Assembly (NCBI GenBank): GCA_039934415.1
Contig: JBDTME010000001.1
Span: forward strand, 265,417 to 329,416
Direction of reading: 5' to 3'
From: Patescibacteria group bacterium
Lineage (GTDB): Bacteria; Patescibacteriota; Microgenomatia; UBA1400; PJMF01
DNA length: 64,000 nt
Below are positions 38,036-49,065 of the stretch, in pieces; position 1 is the stretch's first letter, and every line of letters begins with the position of its first letter. Under the pieces are notes generated by a model. That model did not search any database, was not told the origin of the DNA, and saw only the letters and a program-made list of their open reading frames with translations. The position numbers were made by a program, and so were the translations under genes.

Positions 38036-39193
38036 TTATTTCTTTTTCCAGACAATCTTACTATATGCAAAAAAGTTCCAAAACATGCCTAGTAAAATTC
38101 CAACGACTGCAAAAAAGAGTCCTGTATCAATCGGCAAACCAATAATAGGAACTGTAAATAAAACAAATAGGCCAAGGAAATTTTGGACTAAGAAGGCTAA
38201 TATTTGTTGAATTAAGATCGATCCCAACGAAGCCAGATTAAACTGAACAAATTTAAACGGGATTCTCGCTGCAGAAATTGCATTATCTGAAAAAGTCCAC
38301 AAATTACTTAGAATGAAGTTTGACAATACGGCCAACTCAACTGAAAAAAAGTAAGAAAGCTGATAGGCAAAAAACATTCGAAATAATTGCAAAGTGCCAA
38401 GCTGAATGACTGCACCGACTCCACCAACAATAACAAATTTAAAAATACGGTGATGCACGATCTCTTTAATTCTCACTCTAATAAGGTAGAGTAATGTATT
38501 CTTAATGTACTCAGCACCCAACTTTGACTCGCCTTCTTCTCTATCAACAAAATGAATTGGCACCTCGGCAACTTTAAAACCTTTCCGCTTGGCTTTGTGC
38601 AAAAATCCTATCTGAAATGTATACCCTGCAAATGAGTCACTCGTCATCTCATCTTTCACAGCATCATAAACTTTTTTCGTAATCGCTCGATACCCAGCAG
38701 ACCAATCTCGAATGGAAAAATCTGTCAAGATAAGTGGTATTAAAATGTTAGCACCCATACTCAACAATTTTCTGTGGAGCCCCCAGTTTTCAGGAATACT
38801 TCCACCTGGAATATATCGGGATCCCAAAACCATGTCATACCCTTGATCAATCTTTTTCAACAACTCCGGAATTTTTTTTGGATCATGAGATAAATCAGCA
38901 TCGAACTCAAAAACAACATCAGCTTTCATTGGGCCAAATGCTTCTGCCATTCCCTTCAAGTATGCCCCACCTAAACCAGATTTTTTGGGATTCGTGAGTA
39001 AATGGACGTACGACATTTTCTTACCCATTTCACTCACTACTTTACCTGTTCCATCAGGAGAAGAGTCATCAACAATCAAGACCGACATCTGCCAATCTTT
39101 TATCTTTTGCACTACCTCATCGACAGCGAAAAGCGTTTTTTCGATCGTCTTCGCTTCATTATATGTTGGAATGATAATAATCGCTTTTTTCAT
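38036..39193 (-). CDS. polyprenol-phosphate glycosyltransferase (GT2, DPM1-like) fused to a GtrA-like membrane domain
   Basis: IIIPTYNEAKTI...LIVDDSSPDGT GT-A core followed by four C-terminal TM helices of GtrA type. Confidence 0.75.
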   Translation of the reverse strand: MKKAIIIIPTYNEAKTIEKTLFAVDEVVQKIKDWQMSVLIVDDSSPDGTGKVVSEMGKKMSYVHLLTNPKKSGLGGAYLKGMAEAFGPMKADVVFEFDADLSHDPKKIPELLKKIDQGYDMVLGSRYIPGGSIPENWGLHRKLLSMGANILIPLILTDFSIRDWSAGYRAITKKVYDAVKDEMTSDSFAGYTFQIGFLHKAKRKGFKVAEVPIHFVDREEGESKLGAEYIKNTLLYLIRVRIKEIVHHRIFKFVIVGGVGAVIQLGTLQLFRMFFAYQLSYFFSVELAVLSNFILSNLWTFSDNAISAARIPFKFVQFNLASLGSILIQQILAFLVQNFLGLFVLFTVPIIGLPIDTGLFFAVVGILLGMFWNFFAYSKIVWKKK

Positions 39194-39200
39194 AAGACAG

Positions 39201-40172
39201 TTACTTCGTATTACCTTCCAGCTCTAATTCAGCTTCGACCATTAATCGGACTAATTGTTCAAAATTCGTCTTTGGTTGCCACCCTAGCTTTTCTCTCGCT
39301 TTAGTCGCATCACCTACTAACAAGTCGACTTCGGCTGGACGATCATACTTAGGATTGTGCTGATAAATTGACTCCCAATCGTTGATACCTGCAACTTCGC
39401 AAGCTAATTGCAAAAATTCACGGACTGAGTGCGTCTCACCTGTGGCGACCAAGTAATCATCTGGTGTGTCCGGCTGAAGCATCAACCACATAGCTTCTAC
39501 ATAATCCTTTGCAAAGCCCCAATCACGTTTTGAATCCAAATTACCCAACTCAACGTGTGTTTGCTTGCCCAACTTCACTCTAGCTACCGCATTTGCAATC
39601 TTACGCGTCACAAACTCCAAACCTCGACGAGGTGACTCATGATTGAACAAAATACCCGACACAGCATACATATTAAAAGACTCGCGGTAGTTCACCGTAA
39701 TCCAGTGACCATACACCTTTGCAACACCATATGGCGAACGTGGATAAAAAGGGGTCGATTCTTTTTGTGGAGTTTCCACAACTTTTCCAAACATCTCTGA
39801 ACTCGACGCTTGATAAAACCGTGCAGTTGGATGTGCTAACTTAACTGCCTCAAGCATCCGAACTACTCCTAATGCTGTAAACTCTCCAGTCAGTACTGGC
39901 TGCTCCCAACTCGCCTGCACAAAAGATTGCGCTGCCAAATTGTAAACTTCATCAGGCTTGATGGATTGAATCGCGTTCGTCAACGAATGTTGATCAATTA
40001 AATCACCAGAAACAATTTCAATATCATGAATAATGTGCTCGATGCGAGCAAAATTCTGTGTACTTGTTCTTCTACTCAAACCATAAACTTTATATCCCTT
40101 TTCCAATAACAACTCAGCAAGGTAAGAACCATCTTGACCAGTCACACCAGTAATAAACGCTTTTTTTTGCAT
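39201..40172 (-). CDS. gmd: GDP-mannose 4,6-dehydratase
   Basis: [36 protein letters not shown]-terminus and catalytic YAVAKV. Confidence 0.85.
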   Translation of the reverse strand: MQKKAFITGVTGQDGSYLAELLLEKGYKVYGLSRRTSTQNFARIEHIIHDIEIVSGDLIDQHSLTNAIQSIKPDEVYNLAAQSFVQASWEQPVLTGEFTALGVVRMLEAVKLAHPTARFYQASSSEMFGKVVETPQKESTPFYPRSPYGVAKVYGHWITVNYRESFNMYAVSGILFNHESPRRGLEFVTRKIANAVARVKLGKQTHVELGNLDSKRDWGFAKDYVEAMWLMLQPDTPDDYLVATGETHSVREFLQLACEVAGINDWESIYQHNPKYDRPAEVDLLVGDATKAREKLGWQPKTNFEQLVRLMVEAELELEGNTK

Positions 40173-40199
40173 AAAAATCCAGCTATAAATTTCTAATTA

Positions 40200-41201
40200 T
40201 TAATTATTAACTTTTTCTCTCCACTCATTTAACACTCTTTCCAACGTTTGATCCAACGCAATACTCGGTATCCACCCTATCGCTTTAATTTTTTTTGTGT
40301 TTGCCACCGCCACCGGCACATCAACCGGTCGATACCGTGATTGATCGGTCTCTATCACAATAGGCACCTTTGCCAACGAACACATCTTGGCCAGGATCGC
40401 CTGCATTCTATATCCCTTACCACTCCCTACATTATAAACTTCACCCTTCTGTCCTTTTTCTAACAATAAAATGTAGGCTTTCACTATATCTTTGACGTCG
40501 GTAAAATCTCGAACTGCTTCCAAACTGCCTACTGAAATCTTATCTTGTTCTCCTTTTTCAATCTTGGCAATTTGACTTGCAAAGGAAGGGATCGCAAAAT
40601 CCGTCGTTTGTCGTTCGCCAATATGATTAAATGGCCTGACTCTAACGACATCAAGTTGATATGAAAAAACATACGACAAACCTAATAAGTCTTGAGCCAC
40701 TTTGGAAACAGCATAAGGATTTGTTGGATTGAGTGGGGCTTCTTCATCTATCTCGGGATACTGCAGTTCGTCCAAATGCGCATTCGATGAGAGCTGAATA
40801 TCTTCATACTTCGTCATGCCATACTCCATACCACTTCCCACCACCAAAACCCTGGCTTTAAGGGCATGTACTTTGATGGCTTCCAATAAATTGAGTTGCA
40901 AACCGATATTATTTTGAAAAATAGTAGCAGCTTTACCAAAGCTGGTGCCAGTCGTCGCGATGGATGCTAGGTGAAACACCCATGTTGGTTGAATGTTTTT
41001 GATAAGATCAAAAGTAGCGTCTTGGTTTGTTAAATCCACAGTCACAATCTGCTCAGCTGGTAGCAAAGTGTGAACAAAGGTTTCTGGAGATCCGTAACTC
41101 GTCACAAAGATCTTGGAAAAGCCCCGCGCCAGCAATTCCTCAACTAGATGTGATCCTGCAAATCCTGTCCCGCCAGTAATCAAGATTGTTTGGTCATTCA
41201 T
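40200..41201 (-). CDS. NAD-dependent epimerase/dehydratase (GDP-4-keto-6-deoxy-D-mannose reductase-like)
   Basis: ILITGGTGFAGSHL Rossmann motif and YAVSKV catalytic motif. It is adjacent to gmd. Confidence 0.6.
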   Translation of the reverse strand: MNDQTILITGGTGFAGSHLVEELLARGFSKIFVTSYGSPETFVHTLLPAEQIVTVDLTNQDATFDLIKNIQPTWVFHLASIATTGTSFGKAATIFQNNIGLQLNLLEAIKVHALKARVLVVGSGMEYGMTKYEDIQLSSNAHLDELQYPEIDEEAPLNPTNPYAVSKVAQDLLGLSYVFSYQLDVVRVRPFNHIGERQTTDFAIPSFASQIAKIEKGEQDKISVGSLEAVRDFTDVKDIVKAYILLLEKGQKGEVYNVGSGKGYRMQAILAKMCSLAKVPIVIETDQSRYRPVDVPVAVANTKKIKAIGWIPSIALDQTLERVLNEWREKVNN

Positions 41202-42481
41202 CGGCCGACTCCCCTGTACTCATAGCCCCAATCTTTAACAGTGTGAACTGCTAACTGGTTTCGCACATCAATCAGCCATTGTTTTTTATTTTCTCTCGTT
41301 TTTGAAAAATCAAATTGAGTGATCTGTGGCCACTCCACTAAAATGAAAATGACATCGGCATCTTTCACAGCCTCCTCAATAGTGGCACGCTGCACATAAC
41401 GCTTATCTTCGATGGGAAGTTGTTCTGCAGCCACCATTGGATCAAAGCCATTGACTGTGGCACCCTTATTCAACAAATGAGGGATCACTTTCATGGACGG
41501 AGCTTCACGAGTATCATCGGTATTTGGCTTAAATGATAACCCGAGTACGGCTACTGTTTTACCATCCCAACCACCAATCATCTGCTCGTATGAATCAAGC
41601 AAGTGATAGACACGATGCTCGTTGAACTCACTAATTTTGTTGAGTAAATTATTAGCTTCACCAACACTGCGTGAGTATGCTGCTAACTCTTTGACATCTT
41701 TTGGGAAACAAGATCCCCCATACCCTAAACCTGGATACCAATAATGGGAACCAATACGATCGTCACCACCAATACCTTTAATGACTTCCATCACGTCGGC
41801 GCCATTTTTTTCACATAAATCGGCAATTTGATTGATGAAAGTGATTCGAGTTGCCAAGAAAGAGTTCGCTGAGTACTTGGTCATTTGAGCGGACTCTGGT
41901 GACATACTAATGATAGGTGCGTGAAATGGGGCATGCAGTTCAGATAAGGTTGAAATGACTCTTTGTTCTTTGGCTCCCAATACGATGCGATCAGGATTGA
42001 ACGTATCTTCAACGGCTGAGCCTTCGCGTAGAAATTCCGGGACAGATGCAATGTAATATTTTTCTTTGGCGAGAGCGTCAATTTTTTGTTTAACTTTTCC
42101 ATTCGTTCCAGGAGGAACGGTACTTTTGATCACTACAATAGCATGCTCTTTCAGATGAGGAGCTAAACTTTCAGCTGCAGCAAATACAAATTTCAAATCG
42201 GCTTGACCATCAGGGGCCGAAGGAGTTCCAACACTAATGAACACAACATCAGAATCTGAGATGGCGTCACTGTATGAAGTCGTAAAACGAAGACGTTTTG
42301 TTTTGAGTTGCTCTTTGACTAAGTCATCAAGTTTTGGTTCAAAAAAAGGGACTTTACCTTTTTGTAACTTACTGATTTTTTTTTCATCGACGTCTAATCC
42401 ATAGACGGTGTGACCAAAAGAAGCAAATACACCGGCGGTTACTACTCCAACAAAACCGGTACCAATTACTGTGAGTGTCAT
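41198..42481 (-). CDS. nucleotide-sugar 6-dehydrogenase (UDP-glucose/GDP-mannose dehydrogenase family)
   Basis: LTVIGTGFVGVVTAGVFA N-terminus, catalytic GGSCFPKD and a UDPG_MGDP_dh C-domain. Confidence 0.8.
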   Translation of the reverse strand: MTLTVIGTGFVGVVTAGVFASFGHTVYGLDVDEKKISKLQKGKVPFFEPKLDDLVKEQLKTKRLRFTTSYSDAISDSDVVFISVGTPSAPDGQADLKFVFAAAESLAPHLKEHAIVVIKSTVPPGTNGKVKQKIDALAKEKYYIASVPEFLREGSAVEDTFNPDRIVLGAKEQRVISTLSELHAPFHAPIISMSPESAQMTKYSANSFLATRITFINQIADLCEKNGADVMEVIKGIGGDDRIGSHYWYPGLGYGGSCFPKDVKELAAYSRSVGEANNLLNKISEFNEHRVYHLLDSYEQMIGGWDGKTVAVLGLSFKPNTDDTREAPSMKVIPHLLNKGATVNGFDPMVAAEQLPIEDKRYVQRATIEEAVKDADVIFILVEWPQITQFDFSKTRENKKQWLIDVRNQLAVHTVKDWGYEYRGVGR

Positions 42482-42528
42482 AGTGGTTTATGGGCGTAAA
42501 TAAATACAACTTGAGTTATAATCTTACC

Positions 42529-43179
42529 ATGAAATTCACCATCCTGACACTCTTTCCTGAGTTTTTTAGCACTCCATTCAGCGAGTCCATCTTGAAACGC
42601 GCCCAGGCTAAAACAGATGAAAAAGAGCCTTCGATTGAGATTTCAACACTTAATATTAGGGATTTTGCCACAGATAAGCACAAAATGACAGATGATCATC
42701 CATATGGGGGTGGACCAGGCATGGTCATGAAAGTCGAACCAATTGATTTAGCCCTGCAGAATGTAAAAAAAAGCAGCAAGAAAACATTAACGATTCTCAC
42801 CTCAGCCAAGGGTCAAATGTTTACCCAACAAAAAGCAGTTGAGTACTCGAAATATGACGAACTGATTATTATTTGTGGACATTATGAAGGAGTGGACGAA
42901 CGCGTTGCTGAACATTTAATCGATGAAGAAATTCGGATTGGTGATTACGTAATGACCGGTGGTGAACCTGCTGCGATCGTAATCGTTGATGCCGTAACTC
43001 GATTGCTGCCTAATGTGTTAGGGAATGAGTTAAGTACCGTTCAAGAATCCCATTCTGAGCCAGGATATTTAGAACATCCTCAGTACACCCGCCCCGAAGA
43101 GTACAAAGGGTGGAAAGTACCCGAAATTTTACTCAGTGGCCATCACGCAAAAATTGAAGAGTGGAAGAAAGAAAAATAA
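42529..43179 (+). CDS. trmD: tRNA (guanine37-N1)-methyltransferase
   Basis: [13 protein letters not shown] and SPOUT knot motifs. The start is taken at the internal ATG at 42529. Confidence 0.85.
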   Translation: MKFTILTLFPEFFSTPFSESILKRAQAKTDEKEPSIEISTLNIRDFATDKHKMTDDHPYGGGPGMVMKVEPIDLALQNVKKSSKKTLTILTSAKGQMFTQQKAVEYSKYDELIIICGHYEGVDERVAEHLIDEEIRIGDYVMTGGEPAAIVIVDAVTRLLPNVLGNELSTVQESHSEPGYLEHPQYTRPEEYKGWKVPEILLSGHHAKIEEWKKEK

Positions 43180-43195
43180 AACTACAGTTGTACAC

Positions 43196-44023
43196 TCAAC
43201 TTTTCATTTTCTCTTTTAGTTTTGTCGTATCGAGAGCGGTGTTTTTCTGATACGGGCGATTGGTCCTTTTTAAGTACTCGTTTAAATCACCTGGTTTAAT
43301 CTCACCTTTTAGTCCGAATTGTTTTTGGATATCCATGGCAAATTGGTAATCTGTGGTGACTGGATCTGTAGTGGCGTGAAAGATTCCTTCTAAGGGGTTC
43401 TGGATTGCAAACTTCAAGGTGTCTGCAAATTGTTCAATCTTAGTCGCAGTAAAGGTGTGATTTATAAACATTGGAGGTAAAGTGCCTTCTTCTAAACCTT
43501 TTTTTATCCGGTGTAAGATATCGAGTTTGGGAAATTCATCCTGTCGATATGGTTGATCAATTCGGAAAATGGCTGCTGAGATCCCAGCACTTAAAACTGC
43601 TTCTTCGGCCCAAGCTTTCGTTCGTCCATACCACTCAATCGGATTCATCGAATCTTCTTCGGTATACAAACCTTCTTTCTTGCCATCAAAGACATAGGCA
43701 GTAGAAATATGAATCAATCGTTTGCCGGATTCTTTGACTGCCTGAACAATATGCTCAGTTCCCCCGACATTTACTTTGTAGACTATACCGTCTTTGTCAT
43801 CTTTTTCTTCATACGCCTTTGAAACATCCGTGAATGCTGCAAAATGGACAACAACTTCAGCGGGATGATCAACCACTGCGGCTTTAACACTATCAAGATT
43901 CGTAATGTCTACACCTGTAGCTAAATCTAAGTTGGTGAACTCAAATAACTCAGAATTCATTTCCACAAACTTTGAACCTACTAATCCGGATAATCCAGTA
44001 CCGAGTACAGAAGTTTTAGACAT
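43196..44023 (-). CDS. rmlD: dTDP-4-dehydrorhamnose reductase-like (RmlD family)
   Basis: VLGTGLSGLVGSKF Rossmann motif and YGRTK catalytic motif, RmlD-like length. Confidence 0.6.
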   Translation of the reverse strand: MSKTSVLGTGLSGLVGSKFVEMNSELFEFTNLDLATGVDITNLDSVKAAVVDHPAEVVVHFAAFTDVSKAYEEKDDKDGIVYKVNVGGTEHIVQAVKESGKRLIHISTAYVFDGKKEGLYTEEDSMNPIEWYGRTKAWAEEAVLSAGISAAIFRIDQPYRQDEFPKLDILHRIKKGLEEGTLPPMFINHTFTATKIEQFADTLKFAIQNPLEGIFHATTDPVTTDYQFAMDIQKQFGLKGEIKPGDLNEYLKRTNRPYQKNTALDTTKLKEKMKS

Positions 44024-44086
44024 AATAATTTCTCTTTCGATTAATGAGTGGAACAAGATTGAAACATGATTTACTGTTTACGTCTA

Positions 44087-44344
44087 TCACCAAGTCAGAA
44101 AAAATAGCATGCCACCAGCGAGAAGTGCAGTAAAAAAATATTCAATCACGATTCGTTTATTAATATGTTGCGCTTTAACGTGTGCGAATACACCCCAGCA
44201 AAAGTACGTGAATGACATGGAAAAAGAAGCGATTCGCAATCCATTCTTATCTGGCCACATCATTAGAAAAAATCCGACATGAAGCAGCAACAATAAAATG
44301 AGAAAAGTATAGGCAACTTTGTGTCTATTGAGTTCATCGAACAT
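44087..44344 (-). CDS. small polytopic membrane protein
   Basis: 85 aa with 2-3 hydrophobic helices. Confidence 0.35.
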   Translation of the reverse strand: MFDELNRHKVAYTFLILLLLLHVGFFLMMWPDKNGLRIASFSMSFTYFCWGVFAHVKAQHINKRIVIEYFFTALLAGGMLFFLTW

Positions 44345-44358
44345 GGCAGGCTCCGACT

Positions 44359-45318
44359 CTACTGAATATTTCCGCTCTTAAAGAACAAAATTAAAAAACT
44401 AACTGTTAAAAATAAAGCAATGTGAGCAAAGTTCTTGCCAACAAAACGGACAGTCTTTCGATCATTGATGATAATGAAGTCGTAGAAAAGCACACTGACG
44501 ACTAAGATAATTACTGCTAAAAATATGGCTTTTAAGACATACAACGGCGATAGGAGTCTAGATTCACTAGGTAAGTTTAGTCTTTGCAAAGAAAGTGCGA
44601 GCACAGAACTCCCATTTGACCCAGCAAGAGGAACCGGTGCAGCATCAACAGCGCCTGATATCTGAGGGACAGGGACTTGCTCAATCTCTATGTGCTGGCC
44701 ATTTTTATCAATTTTTGAATCCGCAATACCATTGAGTTGTGTACCGAACATTTGAACAACAAGTGTTGTCTGAGTACCGTTTAATGTTCCATTCACTACT
44801 GCAATCCCAATATCGTGATACTTCGGGTTAATAATATTCTCTTTGTGTGTCGGGGAGTTCATCCACGCTTTCATCATGTCATCAGACTGCATAAAATCGC
44901 GCGCTAAATTCTCACCTGCCACATAGTAGGTGTATTTCACTTCTTTGAGAAATTCCCAAGGACTTTTGCCACTTGGTGAGTAGTGCGCCCAATATTGATG
45001 CGCAAACATATCATTGGCTTTGGCTTCTGCAGCTTGAGAAAGTAATTCATTCGGAACTAAATCTGGTAATCCTAGTTTTTCGCGTTCTTTGTTCGTTCCA
45101 TCTATGACTTTTAATTGGGTAATGGTCGAAGAGTAGCCAAGCACACCTCCGCTATCTCTCATTGTGTTCAAGCGAGGTATGACTTGCTCAATGCCTAAGG
45201 ATGCGATTGTAATGATCAAAAACAGGACAAAGAAACCCTCAGGATGGATAATCCTAGGTCGATGATTGTTCGAGCTGCGAGGATGAAATAGGTGGACAAA
45301 GCTTTCCACGAGTGACAT
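44359..45318 (-). CDS. CAP/SCP/PR1-like extracellular domain protein with TM anchors
   Basis: N-terminal TM helix, CAP-like core (YWAHYSPSGKSPWEF...YYVAGENLA) and a C-terminal TM helix. Confidence 0.5.
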   Translation of the reverse strand: MSLVESFVHLFHPRSSNNHRPRIIHPEGFFVLFLIITIASLGIEQVIPRLNTMRDSGGVLGYSSTITQLKVIDGTNKEREKLGLPDLVPNELLSQAAEAKANDMFAHQYWAHYSPSGKSPWEFLKEVKYTYYVAGENLARDFMQSDDMMKAWMNSPTHKENIINPKYHDIGIAVVNGTLNGTQTTLVVQMFGTQLNGIADSKIDKNGQHIEIEQVPVPQISGAVDAAPVPLAGSNGSSVLALSLQRLNLPSESRLLSPLYVLKAIFLAVIILVVSVLFYDFIIINDRKTVRFVGKNFAHIALFLTVSFLILFFKSGNIQ

Positions 45319-45358
45319 ACAACTGATTATGGAGATTTTTTGTCAATCAGACAAGGGC

Positions 45359-46684
45359 TCACTCTTCTCTTTCTATTAAAGAGTAGTTAATAAATTGAGT
45401 TAGCAGTGACGCCAAGATCGCCACTATGAAGTACCATTTACATAACAGTGACAAGAAAGTGGGTTGATCGCAGTCACAATTTCTTAGGATGTAGAACAGA
45501 ATGGTAGAAATGACGACGACGCCAATCACGATCCCTTGCTTTACTTTATTCTCTGGGTCTCGTTTCATCACATAGATAAGGATTGATAACGCAATTTGAA
45601 TTACTAAGAAGATGAGTGGTAAAAATGGTTTCCAAGGAACACAGGCAGTTACACCTAACACTTCTGGATTCGAACCGTCACCATTTGAATCATTGAGCGT
45701 AGCTTCTGCAGTTGAGTCGGTCGTAGCACCCAACACCTGCTGTGCTGTGAAGCCAGTTGGAGCACCTACTGATGAACCTGGAGGAAGCAACGTCCCACCC
45801 GTTGAGTTTTCATTTGATCTCGGGCCAGGTGCACAACCGTTAATGCCTAAGACTTGAAAGAAGTATCTATTACCAGGACTTAATCCACTCACGACATACG
45901 TTGTGACGTTACCGACATTACTGTTACCGTACAAATACACACCTGATTGAATTCCAAAATTGACGGCATAGTGATCGGCACCTGCAACTGCTGTCCAGTT
46001 CAGAGTGACTTGACCACCTGCACCGGAAACGGCTGAAAGTAATACAGGAGCTGAAGAAGGAGCGGTATCGCTACACACTGGAGCTTTTGCTCCATTCGTG
46101 TCGCCACCACCAGAAGCAGCACTTAAACCAAGTACTTGAGCGTTGTTGACCGGAGGTACAGGAGAAAATACAAATCCAACGTCCAGATTAAACGTTGTGT
46201 GCGCACCCATGTACTCGTTGCCTGCCTGAGGGTCAAAGGTGGCTTTCAGGAAATAGAGTTCAGTTTGGGTTGGACCAATGAGTCCTAAATCAATTTGGCC
46301 TACATTATAAAAATCTTGCAACGTAGTACTACTTCCACCGTATACTACTGGACCACTTGGTGTTCCTTGATGAATTTCAAGATAAATTTTCCCGGCCAAA
46401 GCAACTAGTTGAGCATCAGTTGATATAACTTCAGTTGCTAACATTCCTAATTGGCCATTCTGATCGGTGGTATTTGTTGCAGTAATTTTTTGTGTTACTG
46501 AATATCCTGGCCAGATATTTGATTCATCGAATAGCGGGATGACATTTGGTGTAGCTGTACAAGTGCTGAGTGTACAAGAAACGGTAACATCGGTGCCTGC
46601 AGAAACTGGCTGCACTTTCCAAAACGATCCGAGCGCTACAAAAACGAACAGTGAGAAAATGAATCTTTTCATTCTAATCTCCAT
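45359..46684 (-). CDS. secreted surface protein with a fibronectin type III-like domain and a C-terminal TM anchor
   Basis: Signal peptide, an FN3-like block (VTLNWTAVAGADHYAVNFG...SGLSPGNRYFFQV) and a C-terminal helix. Confidence 0.5.
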   Translation of the reverse strand: MEIRMKRFIFSLFVFVALGSFWKVQPVSAGTDVTVSCTLSTCTATPNVIPLFDESNIWPGYSVTQKITATNTTDQNGQLGMLATEVISTDAQLVALAGKIYLEIHQGTPSGPVVYGGSSTTLQDFYNVGQIDLGLIGPTQTELYFLKATFDPQAGNEYMGAHTTFNLDVGFVFSPVPPVNNAQVLGLSAASGGGDTNGAKAPVCSDTAPSSAPVLLSAVSGAGGQVTLNWTAVAGADHYAVNFGIQSGVYLYGNSNVGNVTTYVVSGLSPGNRYFFQVLGINGCAPGPRSNENSTGGTLLPPGSSVGAPTGFTAQQVLGATTDSTAEATLNDSNGDGSNPEVLGVTACVPWKPFLPLIFLVIQIALSILIYVMKRDPENKVKQGIVIGVVVISTILFYILRNCDCDQPTFLSLLCKWYFIVAILASLLTQFINYSLIEREE

Positions 46685-48426
46685 TTTCCGTTCATCTGTG
46701 CATCAATGGTTTTGTCAGGTAAATTATTTGAGTGTAGTGTCATGTGAACTTTCAGGTTCTTGATACCAGTATGGGGATTTTCAGCACCTGAAGACATACT
46801 GCCTAAGAAAATGTCATTATAGAATTGAATGTTTTCCCCAATAGAAATCTGCTTTGTGAGTGCTTCACTCACCTCTTCACCATCTTGTTTGCGAGTGTAC
46901 TCGATTACCATATCAGCGGTTTGATAATTGGCACCTTCGAGGAGAGCGACTACTGCGTGGTGTCCATCTTGTTCATTGATGATGGCAAATGGTTCTAGTT
47001 GTGACTCGTCTAAAACGTTTGGTCGACCTGGACTTGGGATAGGATCTACCCAGTTATCTGCGCCGTCTGGACTCCGAGTAAGGGATTTATTTTCGCGAGT
47101 GTCTCCATACGTATGCGAGTCTTGCAACTGTCCTGAGCCACTCACTAGACCGTTGTATAAACTCACTGTATCACCTGAATCTGCTAAGTCGAAGTTGGCA
47201 TCACCGGCTCTATAGACAACGAGTCGTCCGTGAGAAGGAATGATTGTAGTACCTACGCCAACTGCAACATCAGGAAATGTATTGGCAGAGGAGATAACGA
47301 GTGGGAATTGGTTCGCAGCATCTGCATAAATTACCCAGTTGTTAATGTTCACGTCGGAGTCTGATCTATTATAAAGTTCTACCCACTCTCCGAAAGGTAG
47401 CGCTGCGTTATCAATACCTTGTGGGTTTGGTAGAATTTCATTGAGTACGATTTGTGCTGGTGCAGCAGGATTCAAGTCAAGTGTGATGTTACAGTAATTG
47501 CTGAAATCTGAAGTTCTCTCCCCTGAATCAATGACTCCGTTACTGTTATCGTCTTCAAAGGCTTTGACACGAGTCTTCCATAATCCTTCAATGCCTGGAG
47601 GGGCACCGAAACTTGAAAAAGGCGTGTATGTGTTTGTTTCGTAGAAGAATCCGATGGTCGAACCATTTGGGTATGTTACTTCGCGTTGATATTTAATATT
47701 TGTACCACTGACTGCAGACCAGTTATGGGAAACTGTTGGACTAGCAGGATTTCCGCCATCAGTCGTCGCACCACAAGCGAGATCGAGCGGGTTCTCATTA
47801 GGCGTTACTGATTGAGTTGGTATATTCCATCCCAAGTTATTGGGAGCTTGTAATGTTGATGAATCAACGGTGTAGTGACGAGAAGGAGTAGTAACAGGAG
47901 TAATATTCAAATGTGCAGAATCTCTTGCAGTGACCTCCCAGTAGTATTCACCATCACCGGTAGCACTTGTAACAAATTGTGGAACATTTAACCAACCAGA
48001 GGTTTCCACAACATTCGTAAAACCAGCGTCTGTAGCTACTCGAAACTGATATTGAAGCTGCCCAGTTGGACAAGTGGTATCACTAGCATCCCAAGTCATT
48101 AATGGATTACTCAGCCAAGCATTCCCCTGATGAATCACTGCATTGTCAGGTAAGCTCACCAACAACGGTGAACTCGGCTGCACCCAGCATCCTGTTGTAA
48201 ACTCTGAGCCACCGACGGTTGCTTCAGAATAAAAAGTTGCATTCGTCCAACCCGCTGGCAACAACGCAATCACCATCATCAAAAACAAAAATAACCCCTT
48301 GTTACTTTTTTGAATGACTGTCAAAAGAGGAAAGTTTTTCTTCACAGAAGGCACAAAATCAAACTCAGTCTGTCTGTAGGCAGATTGGAACAATTTCTGT
48401 GGCTGATTTAAGCTAATAATTCTCAT
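46669..48426 (-). CDS. large secreted protein with a lamin-tail domain (LTD)
   Basis: N-terminal anchor and an LTD signature IVLNEILPNPQG...EWVELYN...GDTVSLYNG. Confidence 0.55.
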   Translation of the reverse strand: MRIISLNQPQKLFQSAYRQTEFDFVPSVKKNFPLLTVIQKSNKGLFLFLMMVIALLPAGWTNATFYSEATVGGSEFTTGCWVQPSSPLLVSLPDNAVIHQGNAWLSNPLMTWDASDTTCPTGQLQYQFRVATDAGFTNVVETSGWLNVPQFVTSATGDGEYYWEVTARDSAHLNITPVTTPSRHYTVDSSTLQAPNNLGWNIPTQSVTPNENPLDLACGATTDGGNPASPTVSHNWSAVSGTNIKYQREVTYPNGSTIGFFYETNTYTPFSSFGAPPGIEGLWKTRVKAFEDDNSNGVIDSGERTSDFSNYCNITLDLNPAAPAQIVLNEILPNPQGIDNAALPFGEWVELYNRSDSDVNINNWVIYADAANQFPLVISSANTFPDVAVGVGTTIIPSHGRLVVYRAGDANFDLADSGDTVSLYNGLVSGSGQLQDSHTYGDTRENKSLTRSPDGADNWVDPIPSPGRPNVLDESQLEPFAIINEQDGHHAVVALLEGANYQTADMVIEYTRKQDGEEVSEALTKQISIGENIQFYNDIFLGSMSSGAENPHTGIKNLKVHMTLHSNNLPDKTIDAQMNGKWRLE

Positions 48427-49034
48427 GATGTAATAGTATCAGGCTCAACAGCCTCTTTCTTATGCTTTCTATTCGCTAACATCAACTTCACATGCTTTTT
48501 AATATTTTGAAATTCATCGTAAATAATAATTGTACCAGGGACAATAACCAAAATCACCACACCAGGTGGAGTCTTCGCAAAATCAATGACATAGCCAATG
48601 TATGGTATGCCAAATACGTACTTACCAACAATCGAGCCATAATCTGACTTGTCTTTATCATCAATCTGATTAAAATCACCCTTCGTCGTGATAAGTTTCT
48701 TTCCTTCAACCTCTTCAACTTCCAAGATGCGATGAGTAATCAGCGTTTCCGGCTTGGATGGAAACCCAAACGTCACTACATCGCCCTTACTATAGTTAGA
48801 ATCCTGCTTATCAAAAATTAACGAACCAGTCTTAATCTTCGGCTCCATCGAACCCGATTTCACAATCAACATCCTCCAACCAAACACCTCTTCTTTCCCT
48901 GATACATACACCAAAACACCCACCACCAAAACGAGGAATAAAAAGAAAGTTGTAAAAAAAGCCTTTATAAAAGCCAATGCTTTCATTTTTTTCTTTCTGG
49001 ACAAGCTAAAAACTTGATAAATTGCGTGAATCAT
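48423..49034 (-). CDS. sipW: signal peptidase I, SipW/archaeal type
   Basis: KSGSMEP Ser box, TM anchor and a short S26 core. Confidence 0.7.
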   Translation of the reverse strand: MIHAIYQVFSLSRKKKMKALAFIKAFFTTFFLFLVLVVGVLVYVSGKEEVFGWRMLIVKSGSMEPKIKTGSLIFDKQDSNYSKGDVVTFGFPSKPETLITHRILEVEEVEGKKLITTKGDFNQIDDKDKSDYGSIVGKYVFGIPYIGYVIDFAKTPPGVVILVIVPGTIIIYDEFQNIKKHVKLMLANRKHKKEAVEPDTITS

Positions 49035-49065
49035 CGCGACTCACGCAATCAACAAATCTTAAAGA

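Noticed and set aside
37564-39304. Short ORFs 37564-37776, 38001-38210, 38985-39227 and 39002-39304
   Set aside because: All lie antisense within rmlB, the GT2-GtrA gene or gmd, so they are shadow ORFs.
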